DNA from: Bdellovibrionota bacterium
GTDB lineage: Bacteria > Bdellovibrionota > FAC87 > UBA2466 > JACKAF01
Reading direction: 5' to 3'
DNA: 64,000 bases
NCBI GenBank assembly: GCA_041391485.1
Contig: JAWKNY010000001.1
Span: 5,877-69,876 of the forward strand
The notes beneath the pieces are model-generated. The model was not told the origin of the DNA. It saw only the letters and a program-made list of their open reading frames with translations, and ran no database searches. Every line of letters starts with the position of its first letter. Positions within the stretch are counted from its first letter, which is position 1. Both the position numbers and the translations under genes were made by a program. Shown piece after piece: positions 23,303 to 36,160 of this stretch.

Positions 23303-25531
23303 ATGAAAAATTTCGTCTGCACGCTTGCCCTTCTCTTTGCATTCCTACGGCTCTCAACACGCAGCAGCAACGCCTCCCGCAGCTCGGGACGAACACAAGA
23401 AAACTCCAGTCGAACGCCCTCAGCATCGGAAAGCGCTGCACGGTGGGCCTTTCCGCCGAAACTGTGAGGCTTTGAAGGACGCGCCCCTGTCTATCGACTT
23501 GCCAGACGGCACCATTATCCCGAACCGCATGGCGCGCGGAAAACTACGCGTCACCAAAGCCCCAAAGAAGAAGCGGAAGAGGCGATTGAGCAAAAGAAAA
23601 ACAATATCAAGTTCACCAAAGAAGTACTGGCAGCAAAAACAAAATGGAACACCGACACCGCGGAGTTGACACGAAGAAAGACGACGTCAAATCAAAAGCG
23701 CTTCTCCCAAACCTTTCAGGACTACCTCGCCGCTCCGCATGGACGGGGCCGTAAATATGATGTTTCGATCGAAGGCCACGGGAATCGTCTTTCTGCCAGT
23801 GGCTTTGATAAGGAAGAGGCAGATATCGAGCCGTTCACCTCCAAGAACGCTCGCAAAACTCAAGGAGCTTCTGATTACAATTTGAGACGCTTCAAACAAA
23901 AACTGACCGCTTGGAAGCCGAAAGAATCACCCAGAAAAAGCAGAGCCCGCAGTTGCGTCAGGCTGCGAAGATGAAAATGAATCGGACAACGGCCTTTGCG
24001 GCGTCAGCCGACGACTCAGGCACGGAAAAAGAAACACTTTCGCCAGAACAGGGCTGAAATGGAGAAGAAGCTCTTGAACGGTCGTAAGTACGAAGCACTA
24101 AGCGATCACGAGAAAAGCCTAGTCGATAGAATCAAATCGGTCGCTTAACCACCGAAGGCCGCATCTTGCTCCGGATTCCAAATACTTTTATCGCAAGAAC
24201 GATCACTCGATTAACGTTTGTACCGGCTTCTTGCTGGATCCGGATCAAGCCGATTTTGCTCTTCCGGACGCCGAACTGGCGCACGCGATTGATCCCTTTG
24301 CACCTGCCGTTCCCCTTAATGAAAGCTAAAAAGATAACTTTCTCAAATGGGTGGATCGAGAAAACGGCGTATTTCAATGCAGATGCGCGTTCGAGCGATT
24401 ATCTACCGCTCCTGGGGTCACGGACGCTCGGTTTCGGACGAATGGGACAGGATTACCTAACGTCCTATCCCTACGCCCTGGACTTTAGCCAGATGCGGTC
24501 GATTACTTCGCGAACTATCAAGAAAGCATCCACTTTCGGTCTGTGCGCTGACTGCCAGCTTCCGACGCGCGCAAAAGCGTCATCGAATGCCTGGGCGACG
24601 ACAAGCGATTTCAAATCTACAAAGAAAGCAACGCACGAAGGATCATCGAGCGCGTGCGCAAGTATCGAAAGAGTTTCTGGGACTGGGCCTAAGGAAGGCG
24701 CATTATATACCGTACTCCAAAAACATCTGAGTGTGGCGTAGGCGGCGTAGCGAATGGACTTTCGCCGACTGCAGATGGGCGCAGACGTTCTTGCTGGGAT
24801 TATGGAAGACAAACCTTTGGAGACGTTCGAGGATCAGCTAGCGCCTCTTTCGCTCCAATGGGCGTGTGAAGAGCTGGCTCAAGAAAAGCCGCGCCATGAA
24901 AAAACGAATCGATGTGCTGCAACTAAATATGGGATGCTGCTGCAGCTATGACGTTCACCCTCCGAGCGGGAAGCGATTGGAGAAGGTGTTCTACCAAAAT
25001 CCAAGATCGAAAACTTCTTGGATGTAGCGAATCTAAGCTGTATTGCAGTTGTTGGAGCGAACTAATGACGGTGTGACTGGCGGTTGTCGCTCCTTCTGGC
25101 GACCGGCGCACTGAATAAAGAAGCCATCAACAATTGGGATGGGCGAGGCGTATTGAAACCGAACCTGCCACACCTTGCGCGTCGAGATTCGCAGAGACGG
25201 TCAAACTCACGGGTGTCGGCAATTAAAAGGCCGGACGGTGTGCGCTAGAATATTGCTGCATCGTTCAGCTGGAGGCTACTATGGAACCACACCGTTCATG
25301 AGGCGACTTTTTTCTCCAGTTATGAGCGTTTTATAGTTGGTTTCAAGAAAAGCGAAGCAGAGTCTGGGCCAACTTCGGTGCCAGATACCCTCGACGTCAC
25401 CGTAACCACGTCCAAGAAAGAAAGTGTTCGCGGATTCTTTGCTACGATGTTCTATCCAAGAAAGACCACCGAGTGATTGGGTCGATGGTTGAGAGTTTAA
25501 AGCCGGTATTTCGAAAGAAAGCGGCTGCTAA
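23303..25531 (+). CDS. Secreted hypothetical protein(s), heavily frameshifted; may be more than one gene
   Basis: Signal-like MKNFVCTLALLFAF; coding-like fragments on + through ...KKDHRVIGSMVESLKPVFRKKAA. Confidence 0.35.
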
Positions 25532-26215
25532 CTATTTCGAAGATTGTAGCCACTACCCAGCAAAGCGGCCGCCAAAAGAAAAAGCACGATGGAAATCCGC
25601 CGGTGACAGCAAAGCTTACCGGGTAGCCGCATCCCCCACTCCCACGAGGCAATGCCTAAAGCCATCAATGGTATAAAAAAGCGGATTGAAACGCGAGAAT
25701 TTCGCAAAACTGGGCCGAAAATGGAGATGGGGTAGAACATGCCGCCGAGGTAAATCAAAGGCAGAAGCAAAAACGTCGTGTACAACCTCGAGATGGCTTC
25801 AAAACTGTCAGGTACGAGTTCCGGCAATAATCCCTAACCTGCAGAAATCATGCGGAAAGCTCCTGGAGCTTGCCATCAAGCGAATAAAGGCGACGAAACA
25901 GGAAGTGTCGTAAAGAAGCAAGAAGTGATATCGCAGCAGCCCCACCACAAGTCCGCCAATCATGAACGCCAAAAGTATAGGCCATGATGAATTGAGCTGG
26001 CCCGATGGGTCAATACCGAAAATGAAGTACCACTCATCATACAGATGGCGCGAAATGAACAAAGAAAACGAGCTGTTTGCCGAACGCGTTGTTGAGCACT
26101 CCCATCAAAACCAGTCCGGGCACCACAAATTGTATATAGGTGGAGTGTACGCGCCCGCCGAAATCCAGTTTTGAAAACTCAAATAATGTCAGTACGAGGA
26201 AGAGGTGATCATGGG
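25528..26215 (-). CDS. ABC-2 transporter permease, frameshifted
   Basis: FVVPGLVLMGVLNNAF; FLLLPLIYLGGMFYPIS; GSGYNLRN end. Confidence 0.8.
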
Positions 26216-26219
26216 GCAA

Positions 26220-27170
26220 TCAAAGGTCTGGACGGGGGAGACAAACCTGCACCGCAGCACCTCTTTTTTTAGCAACGTCCAAATGGCCGAAAGTACTTGT
26301 CCAGGCGCTGCTCTCCGTGCAGGTCAGTCCGGTGAAGTTCACGAATACATCTTCTAAGCTAGGCAGTGGTTTCAGCATATAGACACAATCCCTTCTGACA
26401 GTTTGCTGCAACGCGCCCGCTGTGGTGGTGTCCCTAATTAAAATCCTTTTTGACACGCCATCTTCCCAGATGGGGACGGAACTCGAAAAAAACGATGCGG
26501 GCAGCTGTTCCAGCGGCGTCAACCAAGCTTTCGGCGTCCGAGCCCGGTCCACCTGCTTCATCAGGTTCGCGGTGAGATCGACGGCCACTGCTTTACCACT
26601 GTTTGAGGATCTTATTACGATTACACATTTACTCAGCTTCCTCAAGGTAATGCGGTGGTGGTACCACCGTGGTCCCTTCCCTGTTGATGTACTTGCGACA
26701 AAGTCCCAAAGTGCCCGGCGCAGCTCACATCCCCACCGGCCGTCGGCTCATCCAAAATAAACAGCCCGGTTTAATGCCCAAACCTTAGCCTGGCGAAACA
26801 TCTTTTCATTCCACGCGGACAGCGCCGTGCATTTTTTTTTGTGTACGTGCGGTCTGGCGCCAGCTTCTCGGTGATGATAGCTCACGCCGCGGGATCGTCA
26901 GCGACTCCGTAGTAGCCCGAACCAGATCTGCGGCGCTTTGCCAGCCGTAAGGATCGAATACCACTTCTGTCTGCATGACTATGGCCGGCGATCCTCCGGT
27001 GATGACCGTGTCATATCCAAGACCCGCACTGCCTTTGCATCTTGGCAACGCCGGTAATCAGACAGATCGTTGTGCTTTTGCCCGCTCCGTTGGGGCCCAG
27101 AAGACCGTGTTGAAGGCGTCCGGGTTGTGGGCGAACGCCCACCAGCAAATCCGCACGGGACGGGCGATAA
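26220..27170 (-). CDS. ABC transporter ATP-binding subunit, frameshifted; 5' boundary unclear
   Basis: Walker A GLLGPNGAGKSTT (27074-27097), LDEPT-type Walker B region, PSLEDVFVNFTG C-terminus. Confidence 0.8.
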
Positions 27171-27796
27171 CGTCCACGGACAACGCCAAAGCCCTCTATC
27201 GAACCCAGTTTGCGATCCCGGGTATGAAGGCGGAAAGTAACGACAGAACCTTCAACGGTCAGCGCCCCTCGAAGCGTAGGCCGAAACCTTCGTTGGAGAG
27301 GTTCACGACATCCACCAGCCGGAATCGGTCAAGGCCGGGTACGAGCACTTCAGCTTGCAAGGAGGTCGACGCGCGATCGTTGACGCGTTCATGATAAGTT
27401 TCTCTTCATCTGTTGAAGGATCGAGAAAGGTCCACCTGCGAAGAAGATATCGGAGGGATCGGCGCCTTTGGAACCGAACAAAGGCTCGGCGGCAACCACC
27501 TCTCCTTCAGGAATGCGCTCAGAGTCCTGCGGGCGTCGCTCGGATGACCGAACAGGAAACTCGGATTGAGATCGCGAATTCGACCGGAAGTGGCTCACAG
27601 CGTTTCCGCCGGACGTACTCAGGAAGCTAACGCCCACAACATCAATGGAAAAGTCTTGGCAAGTGTTGAGAACTGCTTCATGCCCGGCAATACCTTCACG
27701 ATGCAGTCATAGCCTGCACTAGACGGGCGTTGGAAAACATCTGGCGGCAAACGGTCGTTGTCCACAATCAGTACGTTCTTTACGCTCGTCGCTCAT
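27130..27796 (-). CDS. Receiver-like + PilZ-domain protein, frameshifted
   Basis: N-terminal NVLIVDNDP receiver-like start. PilZ motifs RVNDR (RxxxR, 27373-27387) and NLSNEG (D/NxSxxG, 27286-27303) are in one frame. Confidence 0.55.
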
Positions 27797-27899
27797 ACTC
27801 TCTGCTTTCTTTGTCGGTCCCGCATGACTCCTAAACGACTGCTGCTGCGGGATTGACTTGGCGCGCCAAACGCGACACGCGCGTAGGTGGAGGTCATTT

Positions 27900-28843
27900 C
27901 CCTGAAAGCTGTGGTTTACAATGACCCAGTTTCAGTGGCTCTGACAAATTGCGCGTTGCTGAAATTCCCGCCCGAACCGAAGGCGGGGAGAGGTTCAGAT
28001 CAAAGTCGCTTACACTTCCGTGAATCCCGTAGACTGGAAAATCGTGAGGACACCTAACCGGAATATGCTGCCCCATCCACTTCCCCATTATTCCCGGCTG
28101 GGACGTATCGGGAACGGTCGCCGCCATTGGCGCTGGGGTAAAAAACTTCCATGTCGGAGACGCGGTCTCTACTCTTACGCCCGAAAGCCCGAAGTCAGTG
28201 GGGAACCTACGGATGTTTGCCTCGATGAAAACGCGGTGGCAGCCAAACCCGGGCGCAGGCTTTGCCCAAGCCGCAGGCATCCCGCTGACCATCTCCACCG
28301 CCTGGCGGGCGGTGTTTAATTTTGCGGCTCTGAAAAAGGGCGAGACGGTACTCATCACGCGGGTGCCGGCGGGGTCCGGAAGCATGGCAGTCAGTTTGCC
28401 AAGCAAGCTGGAGCAAAGGTCATCACCACGGCGAGTGCAAAGAACCACGCTTACGTGACCGAGCTCCGGAGCCGATGAGGTCATCGACTACACCCGACTT
28501 CGGTTTCCGGCTCCTCAGAAAGATACCCGTCGGACTCGATATCGTATTTGATTGCGCAGGCGGAAAAGCACTTGAAGAGAAAGCTGATCTATTGCGCCGA
28601 CAAAGCCGGTTGGTGAGCATCATGGAGCACCCCGGATCCCAAGAAAGCGGAGCGGCGCACCTGAAAGCTGGTTTTGTGTTTGTCAGTCCGAATAGCGTTC
28701 AGCTGAAGCGGATTGCGGAGAACCATCGATTCCGGCAAGGTACTCCCACAACAGACGACTGAAAGACCCTGGAAGAGGCAGCCGCATCGAATGAAAATCA
28801 GCAACGGCATGTACGCGGAAAAGTGGTTTTGAAGGTTAGTTAG
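27900..28843 (+). CDS. NADP-dependent quinone oxidoreductase/zinc-independent MDR, frameshifted
   Basis: KAVVYND, SVNPVDWKI, AAGIPLT..TAW, LKKGETVLI, DIVFDCAGG, RGKVVLKV. Confidence 0.85.
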
Positions 28844-30554
28844 GCGGCTTTCTTTCGCGGTCAAGCGCGGAAGCTCCCTTCCAAGGAACCCGCGCTTCGA
28901 TGAGCCTTGGAAAAACGGGGATCGAGTTTCCATTTGACTTGGTTTTCGGACTCGATGATGGCGACGCCCTTTCCACGGGAACCGCTTTCTTGTAGGGTCT
29001 GTCGGCGGCTACCGGGGCGTCTAGATATGCACAAGTAAATCGCAGATTCGGGACTGTAACGGGATTGCGCTCCGCCTGGCTGCGGCAGCGCGGGTAACCT
29101 GAACCGTCGAGCTTTTCGTGATGCGCCCACGCGATCTCGGCCATGTGTGAAAACTTGTCACCCCAAGGGATGGCTCTCAGAAACTTTGTAAGTTTGGGTT
29201 ACGGTACGCCTCAATCTCAAGCGCTCCAAATCTTCGATAACGAACCCGAGGAATACTCAAGAATTCCAGCTCGTGCGGTTCAAAAGCTCTCTTTGGACGA
29301 ACCCGTCTCATCTACGAATCGGAAGGCTTTCAGCTCTTCAATCTTTTTGGATTTATCTTCATCGAGCACCGTTGGACGATTCAATTCTCCGACTGCGTTG
29401 AGTAGGTACTGCATGCAGTTTGTGGAGCCTCAATCGCCTTGTGCATCCGCGCCAAATCGATGTCAGTAGGCGCTCTTTTCTCAGAAACCAGGTTTTGCAA
29501 GTGTGTTAGAATCTCTATCTCATGCCGGTAGAGTACGCCTTCGATCCGCTTTTCAATTTTCCAGACCATCCCCAACGGAGAAGTTTTATCCGCCTTCAGC
29601 AACGTCTCTTCGCGAACGGTGACCTTTCCGAAGTCGTGCAGCAAAGCCGCGTACCGCGGCTCATCGAGCTGCTGGTTGTGAAATGAATTTCGCGAACTTC
29701 ACTATCGCTTCCACGATCGATGGCTTTGGCCAGATCTGCCGTAAGCACCGCCACGCGCTCACAGGCAAACCGCGTGGATGTCACGTTGCTCGATAACCTG
29801 GACGGCAGCTTTCACAAAGCCTTCCGGTTTCTCAATGTTGGAATACAAAAGTGCGTTTTCGATGGCGGTGCGACCAGGCCATACTTCGAAAGAACCGCTG
29901 ATCCTCATCCGAGAAGACCGGCATCTTGGCAATCGCCGCCGGATCCCCCGTGGGCCAACTCTCACCTACTTCGTTTTACGGTTTACGAGTTGGAGGACAC
30001 CGAGCGAGTGCCCTTTCGTACTGATCAGAGGCTGCACCAACACCGAACGCGTGCGGTATCCGGTCGCTTTATCAAGAAAGTCGCGTCAACGACTTGTAAG
30101 GGCCGTCGGCGGTATACACATCTTCTATCTTCAGGGCCTTTTTCTTGCGGTAACAAAACGCCGCCACGCTCTCCCCGTCGATTGGGATGGCACGCTTTTC
30201 CAAAGACTGCGTCAATCGGTCTGATTGATCGCGACTTCGAACTCGAGTTCGTATTCGTTCTTTTAGGTAGATCGAGCCGCCATCACAACGCAGTAGGTGC
30301 ACGGCGTTGTCACGACAATTGTCGGTAGAGCACTTTGGCCGGGCTACCGGCTTTCCATGAAAGCCACACAGCAACCACCAACAGACTGCTCGAATCGTTC
30401 CTGGTGGTTGACCTTTTTGGTGCTTTTCTTGTCCAAGATAACTCAGCGCGTCTATACTTCAGAAGATTCCAGACAACCTTACCCAATCTCTTCGGATTGT
30501 TGCCCAGGGACTCAATCCAGTTTTGAGACAAAGTCAATACATTCTGATAACCAT
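28836..30554 (-). CDS. GAF + HD-GYP cyclic di-nucleotide phosphodiesterase, heavily frameshifted
   Basis: ADAGSIYL (GAF), IENALLY, LHDFGKV, HHEKLDGSGYP, DRPYKKA. Confidence 0.85.
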
Positions 30555-30570
30555 CGACCTAACCTATGGT

Positions 30571-30576
30571 TATAAT
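30571..30576 (+). promoter_or_regulatory. Consensus -10 element (TATAAT) 7 nt upstream of ATG 30584
   Basis: Exact TATAAT with no RBS before the ATG. Confidence 0.4.
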
Positions 30577-30583
30577 ACTCCAG

Positions 30584-31290
30584 ATGTCTCTTGACTGGTC
30601 GCGGCAACTCCCACCAGGCACCGTTACCGCGGTGCAGGAACTTCGGACTGGGCCTGGTTAAACCTTTTGTCACCTTTTGTGATCGGTGGAAGATCCGCCC
30701 AGATGCTATCTGGCTACTCTCCGCCTTCTCGCTGCTCGTCTCGGGGTTTTTCTTTCTTTGTTACGACCTCTTTCTGGGTTTCTTTTTCCTATTCTCCAAA
30801 ATAGCGATCGCCCACATCGCTAACATCGTCGCTAGAATTAGTACTCCGCCTTCTGCGGCAGGCTACTACCTTCACCGCATACTGGAGTTCGTCGGCGTAA
30901 GTTTTGTCCTCTACTGCATTTCGCAAAATGCATTTGAGATCGTCCCAAGCCTTTTTTCCTTCTGTTAGCCGTCACCTTTTTACAAAGCCACCTACTACGA
31001 GTATTACGAAACCCATTGCCCTCCACGCCTTGGACATTCACGTGTACCCGTTCCCGCAGGATGACGTGACCACGTCAACAGCCCTCGCTGGATGCGTTAC
31101 CTCGAAAGGCCGAGGTTTTGTTATACGTGGCAGGCCCGTGCTATCCGCAAGCTCGACATCTGGATGCGCAAAGGTGTCGGCATTCCGGACGGCTGGTATA
31201 CCGATAAAAACCTGCTGACCCGGCAAACGGCGTTTCGGCGGGGCTTGCAGCTCGGGGGCTTAGCCGTACTTTCGATCCCTTAGGAATCCA
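30584..31290 (+). CDS. CDP-alcohol phosphatidyltransferase-like membrane protein with degenerate motif, frameshifted
   Basis: VKPFVTFCDRWKIRPDAIWLLS and IANIVAR...SAAGYYLHRILEF align with the family's AR...G...D..D region. Confidence 0.5.
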
Positions 31291-31785
31291 GTGGGCGGCC
31301 ATCGCCTGCCTACTGGGCTCCAACGCTTACTGAGCGTGGCCTCTCCGGGCCCGGAGACAAAAGCTCAAACACCTCACGCAACGCCTCCCATTGCGGAAAG
31401 CGTCTAAATCCAATTGTGAAGAAAAGCTAACAATACAGCAGGCTTATTAGGATCTGCTTGAGAAAAGCCGATGAGATAGGTATAGTGCGTTATCTTTTCG
31501 TCGTTGCCGACCTTACTGATGTGAAAAAGAATGAACTGGAAAAAAGATCAATATGACCATTGGACGCTTGCCATTTTGATTTCGTTGACCGCCGCCTTTG
31601 TTTTGGGCTGTCTTTACGCGTTGCCCTGAAGGTTTTCAAGGTGGCAATTTTGGTCACCCTCACCGTCTTGGTGATTGGGCAAATTACTTTGCATCGGGAC
31701 AGAAGCTTTGCACCTTCGCGCACAAAGCCAGTCCCCACACAACCATTCCGTTCTGCCAGTAGTTCTAAGCAGGCCAAACGTTACG

Positions 31786-32660
31786 CTAACCAAGCAGTGA
31801 TCCGAGACATTGTCGTTGAACCACTTGATCTCCTTTGTCAAGAGCGGCCGGTTCCCCGCAAGATCCGAAACAGAAACATCCTCAACGACTTCAACATCGT
31901 CTGAGACCCAGAACCTGTCGAACTTGTTTTGGCCTGAAGAAGAGAGGAAGGTATACGGGTGATAGTTGCGCACTTCGTATAAACCCAGACGGTACTTGTC
32001 GAAGACATCACCGATTAGGTAATTGTCGTCCTTGCTCCACGAAGTCTTATCTCTTTCGTAGGTGTTGAAATCACCCGTTATGATGACGGGGATATTCTTG
32101 GACAGTTGGCGCAACCGCTTGGCGATGGCTTCTGACTGGCGCAACCTTAAGGCCGTTTCCTCGGGAAAGGCTTTTAGGTGAACCCCCACGACATAAGCGA
32201 GTGCCTCGCCACTGTGGGAATCCCGAAGCAGCCCATAAAGGGCAGGCCGCCCCTTCTTTGTCCCTTCGGTTACTTCTTCGATGATGTAGTTCTTATCGCC
32301 GTTGGCCTTTTCAAAACGGTACTTTGATTTGTGGCAAAGCACGACGTGTTGGTGGTTGGCCGAGCTGTTGTAGTAAGTGAGACATTGCATCTTTCCCTGG
32401 ATCACATAACGTTCCAGTCGCGCAACATCCACAATTTCTTCAAAAACGATTACGTCAGATTCGTAAAGTTCGTTTCGCAACGTATCTCGGAGTTGTTTGT
32501 CTCTTTGATAATCCGATACCGCATCGGTAGTCGACTTTAAGCCGTACCACCGAACGTTAAACGTCGACACTCTAAGATTCTGCCCTAGTGCTGATAGACC
32601 GGTTGTTACCAGTACAACAATAACAACGGAGTAAACCTGCCCCTTCGCCCAAGTAAGCAT
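31786..32660 (-). CDS. Secreted endonuclease/exonuclease/phosphatase (EEP) family protein
   Basis: Signal peptide; TFNVRW, VFEEI, HLKA, GDFN, DRF, SDH. ORF track runs to 31614 but probably reads through near 31790. Confidence 0.88.
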
Positions 32661-32845
32661 GCTGTCTCCTAAATGTATTTTTTTGCGTTTTGTCCCCCAG
32701 CGCGTTCAAAGTTTTCACGTCCGGAATCGGGTATGCGGGGCCCTTAGCCGGATCGCTCCGAACACGCTACCGAATCAGATTTAGCAGAGTTCGGATCGAA
32801 CGCCCATACATGCAGCGTCAGTACAATATATGGTATCTTTAAAAA

Positions 32846-33396
32846 TTACGGGAGCCACCTGGAAACCTGCTCTAGCACAGGCCTGGCGGGGGGTGCCGGT
32901 AATTCAGCTGGAATTCCGGCCCAAATAAATCCTATGATCTTTTCAGATTCCGGCAAAATCCCAAACAACTCATACGTGCGCGGGTGGGTACTCAGTTTCC
33001 CGGTGCTCCACTTCGTCCCGATGCCTTCTGCCTGCACAGACTCAGCAGGATTAATTGAACCGCACAGCAAGCAGAAGCGTAATCCTCTCGCGTACGAAAC
33101 GGATCTTCCGGCGTCTCTTTACAACTAACGACGATAAGAGATCCGGGTCCGTTGAGCTTCACAGACACGCTGGCGACGCCTGGGAGTCAGCCGTTCGATC
33201 TTCTGCCAGAAAGCCCCAACTCGGTCAAGCTTTTCACGGTCGTTTTCCCACGATGGTGAAACGCCAGGGAAAAAACTGAGTTTGTGGTTCGGGCCCATTG
33301 CGCCAGCTCCGCGCTGCAGGGCAGCCCTGAAACTTCTCCCGGTTTAAAACGGTGTACAGTGCGCCGGCCTCGGACCACGGTTTCTAATAAAGCCAT
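32846..33396 (-). CDS. Nitroreductase family protein, frameshifted
   Basis: VVRGRRTVHRF, AQWAPN, AEGIGTKWSTG, KIIGFIWAG. Confidence 0.8.
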
Positions 33397-33528
33397 GGCA
33401 AATACCTACCGCCTTGGCATCGGGTCGGCAAGTCCCACTGATGAAATTCCCCTAAAAGCCTATGAACTTAGTGACTTGCGGGGGCTGGCGATGACTTTGC
33501 GGCAGGCTTGTGCTAAATCTAATAGGAG

Positions 33529-33856
33529 ATGGCCCATGATGATGCGCACATAGGGGACGATACCGAGGGCGGCACGCAAGTCATTACGCGCCCGAATCGC
33601 AAACAAAGACCCCAGAATGTATCGGGTAATCATCCTCAACGACGATTTCACCCTAGGACTTTTGTTGTCCACGTCCTGCAAAAATTTTTCAGAAAACGAG
33701 ATTGAGGCTACTCAACTTATGTTGGATGTCCATAATAAGGGAAGTGGCATAGCGGGCGTTTTCACGCATGAAATTGCGGAAACCAAGGCCTATCAGGTAA
33801 ACGCGTATTCACGGGAAAACAAGTACCCCCTAAAGACCACGATTCAAGAGGCATAA
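33529..33856 (+). CDS. clpS: ATP-dependent Clp protease adaptor, frameshifted
   Basis: MYRVIILNDDFT...ATQLMLDVHNKGSGIAGVFTHEIAETK...YPLKTTIQE. Confidence 0.92.
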
Positions 33857-36160
33857 GTGCTAAGTCGCGAAGTACAAAATCATTTGAGCGAGGCGGTCCG
33901 TTTGCCGCAAGCCAGAAGCACGAATACTGTACTCGAACATGTCTTTCTGGCGCTTGGACTCTGGTGATGTGGCCGAGATAATCGAAGGCTGTAACGGCTA
34001 GATTGTTCCCATTCGTAACGGACTCCTGGAATACCTGAACCGTTACTGCCCCAAAGTCGAGTTTGAAGAAGATGAGCAACCGCAGTTAACCATTGCGTGT
34101 CACCGGCTCATCCAAAGAGTTATTACACAGTACGCAGTGCCGATCGCTTTCAGGTCACGAGCGCCAATCTTCTGATCGCTTTCTTTTGATGATGCGGATT
34201 CTTATGTGGTGCAACTACTGGCCCAACAGGGCATCACCCGCTTTGATGTCATCAACTGCCAGCACACGGGCTGACTAAAGAGACTGAGGAAACGAACGAA
34301 GAGGGAACGCAAAGCGCGGGTGAAGCAGCCTTCTGCCCCCGAAGCCCTCCCCTCTACTCAAAAAAGCTTTGCCGTAAACTCCCAACGAGCGCGCGCGCGC
34401 AAAGGAAAAGATTGATCCGCTAATTGGCCGCGAAGATATCATCGAGCGCGCCGTACAGATACTGGCAAGACGCACAAAGAACAACCCGCTACTCGTAGGC
34501 GATCCCGGAGTGGGAAAAACCGCGATTGTACGGTCTCATGCGCATCGTCGAAGGCAAAGTGCCGGAGAAGCTCAAGGATGCTGAAATCTATTCTTTGACA
34601 TGGCTCTGCTCGCCGGAACCAAGTACCGCGGAGATTTCGAACAAAGGTTTAAAGGCGTCATCAAGGCCATTGAGAAGAAAACACGGCATCTTATTCATTG
34701 ATGAGATCCGCTAATTTGAAGTCGGTGCCGGCGCCACGAGCGGCGGCTCCATGGATGCCTCCAATCTGTTGAAACCCAGTTTGGCCAACCGCACGCTTAG
34801 TGTGATCGGTTCGACGACTTACAAAGAATTTCGCTCGTATCTGGAAAAAGATCAGGCACTCATCCGGCGCTTCCAAAAGATTGAGGTCAAAGAACCGACT
34901 CCCGATGAAGCGGTCTCGATTCTTGAAGGGCTCAAGGGGCATTACGAACAGTTCCATAACGTCTATTACCCGGGCGATACAATTAAAGCGGCCGTGGATC
35001 TCTCCAATCAGTCACCTGCCGGGGCGCAAGTTACCGGATAAGGCCATCGACGTTATCGATGAGGCCGGGGCACGCATTCGCTTGCGAGCGCAGGACAATA
35101 GCAAGAAAACCGTTCACGTATCGGACATTGAGTCGGTGGTGGCGGCGATGGCACAGATCCTGACCAAGTCCATCACCGCTGATGATAGACGTCTCTTGCA
35201 AATCTAGAGCCCGAGTTGAAGGAAGTTATTTTTGGACAGGATTCAGCCATCGATCCCTGGTGAAGCGGCTATCAAGATGAACCGCAGCGGGCTTCGGGAA
35301 ACCCGAACCGACCCGTGGGGTGTTTTCTTTTCACCGGCCCGACCGGTGTAGGCAAAACTGAGGTTTGCAAGCAACTCGCCCGCATCTTGGGAGTTTGAGC
35401 TGTTGTTTGACATGAGCGAGTACAGGAGAAGCATTCGGTCTCGCGCCTGGTAGGGGCAATCTTCCGTACGTGGGTTTTGACGACGGAGGTCTTTAACCGA
35501 GGCCGTAAACAAAACCCCTTATTCCGTCCTCTTGCTAGGACGAAATCGAGAAAGCCCATCCTGACATCAGCAACATCCTGTTGCAGGTGATGGACAACGG
35601 CAAGCTCACCGATCCCAACGGACGCACGTCGGACTTTAGAAACGTGATTTTGGTCATGACCTCAAATGCCGGTGCCCGTGAAATGGCGCAGAAGATCGGC
35701 ATCCAGCAAAACGTCGAACAGCAAAAGTCCCTTCAGGCCGTTAAGAAGCTGTTTGCACCGGAGTTCATCAACCGCTTGGACGCTATCATTCCGTTCGCTC
35801 AATTGAGCGAACCGATAGTGTTGCGGTCATTGATGTTTGTGGACGAACTCGTCAGCCCAGCTGGCTGAAAAAGCAATGCAACCTGATTCTCTCTGGACAA
35901 AGTTCGTAAGTGGATTTACAAGAAGGGTTTTGATCCAACCTACGGCGCGCGCCCTCTCTCACGGGTGATTGATCAGGAAATCAAACGCCCCCTTTTGGTG
36001 GATCAGGTTCTCTTTGGTGACCTGGTCGGTGGCGGTCAAGTGATCGTAGACATCAAGCGCGATAAGTTCCACTTCACCTTTGAAAAGGTGTGCGCAAACT
36101 TCCTAAAAGACCCCGAATACGCTTTAAGGTCCTATGGCCGTCCCACGCAGCACCGGACGT
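33857..36160 (+). CDS. clpA: ATP-dependent Clp protease ATP-binding subunit, heavily frameshifted
   Basis: [62 protein letters not shown]; immediately after clpS. Confidence 0.92.

Noticed and set aside
32700-32820. Possible structured RNA upstream of the EEP nuclease (TCCGAAC...GTTCGGA)
   Set aside because: Only a 7-bp stem, with no recognisable riboswitch consensus or second copy.
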